From: Desulfovibrio sp.
GTDB taxonomy: Bacteria; Desulfobacterota; Desulfovibrionia; Desulfovibrionales; Desulfovibrionaceae
Direction: 5' to 3'
DNA: 64,000 nt
Assembly: GCA_016218665.1 (NCBI GenBank)
Contig: JACRDI010000036.1
Span: forward strand, 183,414 to 247,413
Each line of letters opens with the position of its first letter. Within the stretch, counting starts at the first letter, position 1. This document shows, piece after piece, positions 53,437 to 64,000 of the stretch. The position numbers were made by a program, and so were the translations under genes. The notes beneath the pieces are model-generated. The model was not told where the DNA came from. It worked only from the letters and a program-made list of their open reading frames with translations, and ran no database searches.

Positions 53437-53864
53437 CTATTGCTTCTTTGCAACCATTTCAACATCAATTTCAATTTCGGACATGTCTTTATCAAGTCCT
53501 CAATATATTCCTACAACGTCCTTCTGGCCAACATCTTGGCCTTGTCAATCGTTGTTGTCTATTTTCACGGTAATGGTGCCTGTGGCATCTTTGAACAGGT
53601 ACCCGTCCTTGCCAATTTGTTGTACAATGGAACCTTTCAAGGCAACGTCGGAATCGTCACTCATGCCTTTGGCCTGCTCCACGGTTAAGACTTTTGGGCC
53701 TGGGCCGCTAAAGCTTCCAATGGGAGTGTTTTGCCCGCTGTTTTTGGAATATGCAGCAAGAGAAAATGCCAGTGAGGCGCATACAAAGGCAAAAGCTAGC
53801 TATGTTAAAAGGATTTGCCTGAAAATACAGTTTTGCAATGCATGGTCGTCGTGTTGGTTTTCAT
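53437..53864 (-). pseudogene. ygiW: YgiW/YdeI (BOF OB-fold) pseudogene
   Basis: GSFSGPG..LTVEQAKGMSDDSDVALKGSIV...YLFKDATGTITVKID with in-frame TAG/TGA stops and a 5' frameshift. Confidence 0.8.
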
Positions 53865-53942
53865 AGTATCCCCTTGTGGTTGTGTTGACGGCTTGCCGTT
53901 CGGTAGCGCATCATGCCAGTGAGGAGAGAAGATCACACAAAG

Positions 53943-53959
53943 CTTACAACAACCTTACA
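53943..53959 (-). promoter_or_regulatory. QseB/PmrA-like direct-repeat box
   Basis: CTTACA-ACAAC-CTTACA (11-bp period) upstream of the ygiW-qseBC operon. Confidence 0.5.
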
Positions 53960-54020
53960 GGATGCCTGAACCTAAAACCGGGTGAAGCCCACAGTCATCG
54001 GCATCCACGTGCTGGCAGGG

Positions 54021-54083
54021 CCGCGCTTCCTGCGCACCGAGACCGGCATCGGCTACCGCCTGGAAGAGGGCGAAACCAGCTGA
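54021..54083 (+). pseudogene. C-terminal remnant of a KdpE-like response regulator
   Basis: PRFLRTETGIGYRLEEGETS*, at the switch from low to high GC. Confidence 0.65.
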
Positions 54084-54113
54084 CCGGCCCGGCCGGCATC
54101 ACGAGGTGAACGC

Positions 54114-54992
54114 ATGGAGACCGCGCCCAAGAAGCCCCTTTCCCTTTCCGGCCTGCCGTTAGCGCTGTTCGTGCTCCTTGTGGCCGTGGCGGGTGGAGCC
54201 CTCTGGCTCACGGGGTCACGTCAGAGCCTGGACAAGGTCTACGCGACCACGGTGCGCAAGGCGCAAATCGTGGCGGACATGCGCACGGACCTCTATGCCG
54301 CGGCCGAGGCCGAGAAGAGCGCCGTGCTGGCCGACACGGACCAGTCTTCCGTGAACTTCGCCAATCAGGCGCGGGCGTCGGTGGACAAGGTGACCGCCGA
54401 GCTCAAGGCCTTCCAGGGCCTGGCGGAATCTTCCCAGGAGCAGGAGCTTGCCAAGCGCTTCGAGGAGGCCTTCGCCGAGTATCGCAAGGTGGACGAGGAG
54501 GTGCTGGGGCTGGCCGTGCAGAACACCAACCTCAAGGCCTTCGCGCTGTCCTTCGGCCAGGCGGCGGCAGCTCTGGCCGACATGGAGAAGTCCCTGCGGC
54601 CCCTTCTCGACGGCGCAGCCGACAAGCCCGCCCGGCAGGCGCAACGCGCCCTGGCCGAGGCCCTGCGCATCCAGAGCCTGCACGCCGCGCACATCATGGA
54701 GAAGACCGACCCGCGCATGGACGCGCTGGAGAAGGACATGGCCAGAGCCGACAAGGCGGTTCGCACCGCCCTGGCCGCCCTGGGCAAGGATGGGGCCAGC
54801 GCCCTGGCAGTCTACGAACGCTACTGGAAGCTCAACGGCGAAATCGTGGGCCTCTCGCGCCAGAACACCAATGTGCGCTCCTTCACGCTCTCGCTGGAGC
54901 GCAAGACCAAGGCGCTGGCCGCCTGCGACGAGGCGCTACGCGTGCTTGAGAAGAACATCCGTGAGCGCATGGCCACGAAAGCGACGCGTTGA
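54114..54992 (+). CDS. Membrane-anchored double four-helix-bundle (MCP sensor-like) protein with no signalling domain
   Basis: One TM; internal repeat LAVQNTNLKAFALS / LSRQNTNVRSFTLS. Confidence 0.7.
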   Translation: METAPKKPLSLSGLPLALFVLLVAVAGGALWLTGSRQSLDKVYATTVRKAQIVADMRTDLYAAAEAEKSAVLADTDQSSVNFANQARASVDKVTAELKAFQGLAESSQEQELAKRFEEAFAEYRKVDEEVLGLAVQNTNLKAFALSFGQAAAALADMEKSLRPLLDGAADKPARQAQRALAEALRIQSLHAAHIMEKTDPRMDALEKDMARADKAVRTALAALGKDGASALAVYERYWKLNGEIVGLSRQNTNVRSFTLSLERKTKALAACDEALRVLEKNIRERMATKATR

Positions 54993-55003
54993 GGCTCTTT
55001 TCC

Positions 55004-55082
55004 AGTAAATCGGCGAGGAGGGGCGTTAGTGACCAGTGCCGAATTGCGCGCCAATCAGTGCCGAATTGCGCGCCGATTTACT
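55004..55082. mobile_element. 79-bp MITE-like / IS21-like end remnant
   Basis: 12-bp terminal IR AGTAAATCGGCG...CGCCGATTTACT; two internal CAGTGCCGAATTGCGCGCC copies with a 22-bp period. Confidence 0.6.
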
Positions 55083-55120
55083 TTAGCGTTGGGGGTGTTC
55101 GCCCGCAGGTTAGGAAAAAC

Positions 55121-55157
55121 GAAAAAGGCCCTACGAGAGCTGTTCTCGTAAGGCCTT
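55121..55157 (-). terminator. Intrinsic terminator downstream of the tRNA-fMet 3' end
   Basis: Minus strand AAGGCCTTACGAGA-ACAGC-TCTCGTAGGGCCTTTTT. Confidence 0.8.
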
Positions 55158-55165
55158 GATCTTTT

Positions 55166-55215
<50 letters not shown>

Positions 55216-55344
55216 GAACGGCACCCCCCCCATTCGTCAACCCCCTGCTTTACGGTTCACATAAAATACCAAACATATTCGCAGTATAAATCAAAAAATA
55301 CCTCGCTTGACCTTGCGCCATGTTTTATGGTTTTGTGGGCTTGA

Positions 55345-55380
55345 GGTTGGGAAGAAGGTTGGGAAGAGGGTTTGGAAGAA
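55345..55380 (+). repeat. Three 12-bp tandem repeats GGTT(G/T)GGAAGA(A/G), probable integrase arm-type sites
   Basis: Located between the att core and the integrase start. Confidence 0.6.
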
Positions 55381-55396
55381 ATCCAGGGAGGCGGGC

Positions 55397-56545
55397 ATGG
55401 CCAAGGGCAGAATGAAGACGGCCTACACCGGGGTTTACTACTACGAGCAGCCCCGCGCCGGAGGCTCCGGCACCGAGAAGGTTTTCTACATCGTGTTCAA
55501 GCAGACGGGTAAGGTCTACGAGGAACCAGCCGGGCGGCAGTACCGGGACAACATGACCGCCGCGAAAGCCTCCCGCATCCGCGCCGACCGCATTGAGGGC
55601 CGCAGGGAGGCCCCTGGCGCAGCCAGGGAACGCGAGAGCGCGGAGAAGCTGGCCCAGGCCAACCGTCCCACCATCTCCAGGCTCTGGGAGTGGTATCTTG
55701 AGGCCAACCCCGGCTTGAAAGGCATCATCACCGACAAGAACCGTTTCTCCAAACATCTGGAGCCCACCTTCGGGGACAAGCTTCCCGACGAGATCGACCC
55801 CTTAAGCGTGGACCGCTTCCGCGTTCGCCTGGGCAAGACTCGCGCCCCGGCCACCGTGGCCAACGCCCTGGAACTCCTGCGCCGCATCGTGAACTTCGGG
55901 GTCAACCGTGGCCTCTGCAACGCCCCTCGCTTCAAGATTCGGCTCCCCAAGGTGGACAACCTCAAGACTGAGGACCTGAGCCCCGAGCAGTTGCGGTCGC
56001 TCCTGGACGCCCTGGACACAGCCGACAACCAGGACGTGGCTGGCATCATGCGCATGGCCCTGCATACGGGTATGAGGCGTGGGGAAATACTTCGGCTCCG
56101 CTGGGCCGACCTCGACTTCCGCAACGGGTTCATCCTCATCCGCAACCCCAAGGGCGGACGTTCGGAGCGTATCCCCATGAACTCCCAAGCCCGCAACCTG
56201 CTTGAAGGCCTCGGACGTACATCGGACTTCGTATTCCCCGGTCGGGATGGCGGGCAGCGAGTAGAGCTGCGCCGGGCCGTGCGCCGCATCTGCGATGCAG
56301 CAGGGCTTCCCCGGGACTTCCGGGGGCTCCACGGCCTCCGCCACGCCTACGCCTCCATGTTGGCCTCCTCGGGCGAGGTGGACCTGTACGCCATCCAAAA
56401 GCTGCTGACGCACAAGAGCGCGGCCATGACGCAGCGCTACGCCCACCTCCGCGACGAAGCCCTGGCGAAGGCAAGCGCCGTCGCTGGGAAGATCGTCGAG
56501 CAGGCCCAGCAACCCAAGGTCTTCCACCTCGACCAGAAAGCCTGA
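55397..56545 (+). CDS. Tyrosine integrase
   Basis: HTGMRRGE, K, HGLRH, LLTH, TQRYAH (R-K-H-R-H-Y); GGGAGG RBS. Confidence 0.95.
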   Translation: MAKGRMKTAYTGVYYYEQPRAGGSGTEKVFYIVFKQTGKVYEEPAGRQYRDNMTAAKASRIRADRIEGRREAPGAARERESAEKLAQANRPTISRLWEWYLEANPGLKGIITDKNRFSKHLEPTFGDKLPDEIDPLSVDRFRVRLGKTRAPATVANALELLRRIVNFGVNRGLCNAPRFKIRLPKVDNLKTEDLSPEQLRSLLDALDTADNQDVAGIMRMALHTGMRRGEILRLRWADLDFRNGFILIRNPKGGRSERIPMNSQARNLLEGLGRTSDFVFPGRDGGQRVELRRAVRRICDAAGLPRDFRGLHGLRHAYASMLASSGEVDLYAIQKLLTHKSAAMTQRYAHLRDEALAKASAVAGKIVEQAQQPKVFHLDQKA

Positions 56546-56560
56546 GTTCGACAACGCCAC

Positions 56561-56588
56561 TTGACTCTGTACCAATAATTAGTACACT
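56561..56588 (+). promoter_or_regulatory. TA promoter with palindromic operator
   Basis: TTGACT...TACACT, overlapped by the near-perfect palindrome TGTACCAATAATTAGTACA. Confidence 0.65.
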
Positions 56589-56606
56589 TGAACCCAAGGA
56601 GCAGTC

Positions 56607-56885
56607 ATGGCCTGGGTCGTCCGGATTTCCACGAAGGCGCAGAAAGGGCTTCGACCGCTTCCGGAGGTCGTTCGGCGAACACTGGCGCTCCTCCTGGAGG
56701 ACATCGCGGACACGGGGCCCGTCCGAGGGGACTGGCCGAACTATGGCAAGCTGGGGCCTGACCGCCACCACTGCCACCTCAAAAAAGGCAAGCCGACCTA
56801 CGTCGCGGTCTGGGTCGAGGAACACGGCAAGATCAAGGTCATCGAGGTGACTTATGTTGGAACGCACGAAAAAGCCCCGTACTGA
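56607..56885 (+). CDS. RelE/HigB-like toxin
   Basis: W.V.IS.KAQK.L..LP, HHCHL, YVGTHEKAPY; toxin-first order. Confidence 0.75.
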   Translation: MAWVVRISTKAQKGLRPLPEVVRRTLALLLEDIADTGPVRGDWPNYGKLGPDRHHCHLKKGKPTYVAVWVEEHGKIKVIEVTYVGTHEKAPY

Positions 56886-57210
56886 TGCGGTCGCCCTCAG
56901 CTTCACCGGCCCCGCTGCGAAGGTGAGGGAGGCGATGGACGCCATGCGCGCCCTCGGCTTCCAAGAAGCGGGGGACTCCCTGCCGTGGCGCGAGGCGCTT
57001 GGCTACTCCGATGAGCAGTTGCCGGGGGTGTTTCTTACCGGCGCACGGTACCGCGAGGGCATGACTCAGGTGGAGCTTGCGGAACGCACCGGCATTCCTC
57101 GTCGCCACATCTCTGAAATGGAGAACGGCAAGCGCCCCATCGGCAAGCAGAATGCGCGGAAGTTGGCCGAGGTGCTCAACGTCAATGCGCGGCGGCTCTT
57201 GAGTGTTTAG
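56854..57210 (+). CDS. XRE-HTH antitoxin (HigA-like)
   Basis: GMTQVELAERTGIPRRHISEMENGKRPIG; overlaps the toxin gene. Confidence 0.8.
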   Translation: MLERTKKPRTDAVALSFTGPAAKVREAMDAMRALGFQEAGDSLPWREALGYSDEQLPGVFLTGARYREGMTQVELAERTGIPRRHISEMENGKRPIGKQNARKLAEVLNVNARRLLSV

Positions 57211-57774
57211 TTCCTTTCCAGCGCCTAGCCCATAAGGGTCAATAATCCTCGGCAACTCGTCGCACTTGCACCCCGCATACTGGTCAACGAGCACCGCCCC
57301 AAAACGGCCTAGCGACTTTCAAACTGACACTCGCCGCCTACATCAACCGCCCTAGCTCAAAGGGTTTCCTGGGGGGTTGCCCTATTTCCCGGGCAGCGTC
57401 ACACAAGTTTGCGAGCCCAATTATGCCCGCTTTTCAGGGCAACCTCATCACGCCGGCCTCATCGCCCCTCCACCTTGCCCAACATCTCACACTTTTTTTT
57501 GCATTTTATGCACAACAACTTGATAAAACACCATTTATTACCACCTCCCCATCAACCCCTGCTGTCTTAATCTAGCGTAATTTCAATCAGTTAGCAGAAA
57601 AACAAAGCTACGGTTCACTTTTGCCCCTCATTTTCCAATCCCTCCATTGCTTTTCACTTGCACTTAACCATCTGAAATAAAAAGCACAAAATTTGACATC
57701 GTCACTGTTCGCGCTATCTTTCGCCTGGCAGCAAGCACTGCGGGAACGCACAAAACGAAAGGAGCAGATGAACA

Positions 57775-57978
57775 GTGAACGCATCATTTCCCACCTCCAA
57801 CTTCGTAACAGAAAAGCAAGCAGCCACCCTCCTCGGGGTAAGCCTGTCCACTCTCCAGCAGCGCAGATTCAAGGGCCAGATGCCCCGGTACCTCAAGATC
57901 GGCAAAAGCGTCCGCTACGATCTGGCGGATCTCATGGCGTTCGCCGAGTCGTGCCGGGTCACTCCCCCCAACCCGTGA
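57775..57978 (+). CDS. AlpA/excisionase-like HTH protein
   Basis: TEKQAATLLGVS.STLQQRRFKGQMPRYLKIGKSVRYDLADL; GGAG RBS. Confidence 0.8.
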   Translation: MNASFPTSNFVTEKQAATLLGVSLSTLQQRRFKGQMPRYLKIGKSVRYDLADLMAFAESCRVTPPNP

Positions 57979-57987
57979 ACGTTGATC

Positions 57988-59511
57988 ATGGCCCCGACCC
58001 CTGAACACGCGCACGCGGGTGCCGCACGAATCGCACTCGGGAAGCGCTCACACAAGAACCTTGAGTACGCGGTCCTGCTCGATGTTGTGCCACGCAAGAA
58101 GAGGCCGGAAATTGCCTTGGCGGTCCGCGACCTGCTCTTGGAAGTGGGCATGAAGCCCACCAAGAAGCAGAAAGAAGCGTTTAAGGTCATCGTGGCCAAC
58201 CTGTATGCGGCCTGGGCAACCAGGGGGAACCCGTTTCTCGTCGTCCCGAAGCGGAGTTCCGACTATGCTTCGGGTTCACGCCAGCGCGCCCTCTACCTCA
58301 CATATCAACCGACCATGAAGGCCGTCGAAGTCCTTCGCGGCGGCGGGTTCATCGAGTACCATGCGGGGTTCTACACCAAGCCCGAAGGGCGCAGGACACG
58401 CATCCGGGCAACCTCAAAGCTCACGTCCTTGTTCATCAAGCACCGCTTCAACCTTACTTGCGTTGAACTCCTGAGCTTCGACCTTGTGCAACTACGCGGG
58501 CCAAAAGTACAAGGCATGAGGGGAGCAGCCATCGACATACGCCGTGGTGTCCACGCCGCAAGTGCCCGACCCCACAAGGCCAGCGTGGCGAAAATCAACG
58601 CGGGCCTCGCCTCCGCGCACATCGATCTTCATCTTGATGAGGAGACGTTCATTCGCCACTACATAAGTCGGCAAGACGGGAAAAAACCCCTCACGCCGCC
58701 GCACCCCCTGCGCAATCGCCTTTACAGAGTATTCAACGAGAACTTCAACCTTGGAGGACGGTTCTACGGTCATTGGGCGCAGGGAATTCCCCGCGACCTT
58801 CGGAGTTGCATTCGCATCGACGGCGAGCCCGTCGTCGAACTGGACTACAAGGCCATCCACCCGACCCTGCTTTACGCTGAACGGGGTGAGTCCTTTGAAG
58901 GCGAGGTGTACCTCCCCGCCTCCTACACCAAAGAGTATCGGCCTGTGTTCAAGCTCTTGATGCTGGCAGCGGTCAATGCCGTGGATTTGAATTCAGCCTT
59001 CAAGGGCGCGCGGCACTGCATCCATAAAGTTTTAAAGCACACGTTTCCAGAATGTCTCAAAGACACCTGGCTCCGCCCAGCTTACGAAGCTCTCAAGACC
59101 ATGCACGAGCCCATCGGTGGCATGTTCTTCACTAGAGCTGGCCTACGCCTACAGCGCAAGGATTCTAAGATAGCCGAACTCGTCATGCTCACCCTGTTGG
59201 ACAAGGGCGTGATCACCGTCCCCATCCACGACAGTTTTCTGGTTGCCCAGCAGCATGAGGATGCCTTGCGGGAGGCCATGCTCACCTGCTCCAGAGCAGT
59301 GTGCGGTCTGTCTATCCCCGTCGACAAAAAACACCCCAAGGACATGTCGCAACACGAAGTATTAACAGACGAAGTCTGCAAAACTGCACCAGTAATGGAA
59401 GGGGGCCTTTCCTCGCTCTTGCTTTCGCTTTCCCCTCCCTCCCCCGTCTTTACCGCCTTTATCGGCAGCAGGCCGCCCCACCCGCAACCTGACCGGGCGG
59501 CCGTGGCATGA
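57988..59511 (+). CDS. Compact family-A/T7-like polymerase-fold protein
   Basis: GGRFY, motif A ELDYKAIHP, motif B R...K......N, LQ..DS.IA, motif C PIHDSFLV. Confidence 0.6.
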   Translation: MAPTPEHAHAGAARIALGKRSHKNLEYAVLLDVVPRKKRPEIALAVRDLLLEVGMKPTKKQKEAFKVIVANLYAAWATRGNPFLVVPKRSSDYASGSRQRALYLTYQPTMKAVEVLRGGGFIEYHAGFYTKPEGRRTRIRATSKLTSLFIKHRFNLTCVELLSFDLVQLRGPKVQGMRGAAIDIRRGVHAASARPHKASVAKINAGLASAHIDLHLDEETFIRHYISRQDGKKPLTPPHPLRNRLYRVFNENFNLGGRFYGHWAQGIPRDLRSCIRIDGEPVVELDYKAIHPTLLYAERGESFEGEVYLPASYTKEYRPVFKLLMLAAVNAVDLNSAFKGARHCIHKVLKHTFPECLKDTWLRPAYEALKTMHEPIGGMFFTRAGLRLQRKDSKIAELVMLTLLDKGVITVPIHDSFLVAQQHEDALREAMLTCSRAVCGLSIPVDKKHPKDMSQHEVLTDEVCKTAPVMEGGLSSLLLSLSPPSPVFTAFIGSRPPHPQPDRAAVA

Positions 59512-59929
59512 AAATCATCATCGACACCCGCGAGCAGACTCCGTTCGACTTCGGCAAATTCGAGTGTGAGGTAGTCACTGACACCTTGGCAACGGGCGAC
59601 TATTCCCTTGCCGGACTTGAGGACCGCTGCGCCATCGAGCGCAAGAGCCTAGACGATCTGCTGGGCTGCCTCATCGGCGAAGGACGTGAGCGTTTCGAGC
59701 GGGAACTTGTGTGCGCCGCTGGCCTGGAATGCTTCACCGTGGTGGTGGAAGTGTCCATGCAGGACATGGCGGGGGGCCACTACCCTTCGCGCATGAAGCC
59801 CCACGCGGCCTCCAGTCGGTTCTGGCCTTTCAGGTCCGCTACAACTGCCCCTTCATTTGGACCGGGAGCAGGGTCGGGGCGGAACACTGGATCTTCCACC
59901 CGTTTCGGCCCTCTCAGTTGTGGGGATGA
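59508..59929 (+). pseudogene. ERCC4/XPF-family nuclease, frameshifted near 59810
   Basis: IIIDTREQ, GDY, IERKSLDDL; continuation LQSVLAFQVRY..PFIW lies in another frame. Confidence 0.7.
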
Positions 59930-60103
59930 GAACACCTGATCTAACACCCCAACCGCCCTGCTCACCAAAAGTAATCACCCCGCTTTCATGTCTTTCGATT
60001 TTGCGATATTCGTCAAACACATTTCTCCTACCTATCCCTTTTAATGATTTGCAACCCATGGGCTGTGCGAAGCGAAGCACGTACCCACTCACGGGAGGGA
60101 CAC

Positions 60104-64000
<3,897 letters not shown>

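Noticed and set aside
53437-53864. In-frame TGA codons in ygiW as possible selenocysteine
   Set aside because: The TGAs fall at positions expected to be Trp/Gly rather than Cys, and a TAG plus a frameshift are also present; this is ordinary decay.
55307-55396. N-terminal extension of the integrase in the ORF track (VGKKVGKRVWKK)
   Set aside because: It is the translation of the 12-bp DNA repeats; the RBS supports the ATG at 55397.

Overview
High-GC bacterial chromosome window; gene content (archaeal-type ADH synthase, several sigma-54 systems, a Sec-type UGA, ZraP/CcmF, a REC-containing Lon) points to Desulfovibrionaceae (inference). Left to right: (1) end of an MdtC-type RND pump, a Tat alkaline phosphatase and tRNA-Ala(GGC). 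(2) A ~2.2-kb Rhs toxin/immunity cassette bounded by a 66-bp duplication of the tRNA 3' half. (3) An ADH synthase (aroA') preceded by an unannotated Phe-rich leader peptide and attenuator. (4) A ~14.5-kb cluster combining aryl-acid ligase, ACP, two GNAT-like proteins, a Mo-hydroxylase, an aminotransferase and an MFS exporter with a complete SBP/Cache-PP2C/STAS/RsbW partner switch. (5) Housekeeping enzymes. (6) A ZraSR/sigma-54 metal-stress operon containing a hidden CxxU selenoprotein, ccmF and a P1B ATPase. (7) A TauE operon divergent from a REC-Lon/HK/sigma-54 RR operon. (8) Decayed IS fragments and a low-GC ygiW-qseBC island. (9) An integrative element at a tRNA-fMet att site carrying an integrase, a RelE/HigA-like TA pair, an AlpA-like HTH, a compact family-A polymerase-like protein and a broken ERCC4 nuclease. 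(10) The start of a type I-C cas operon (cas3-cas5c-cas8c); no CRISPR array is inside the window. All calls are from motif reading only; no database searches were run.
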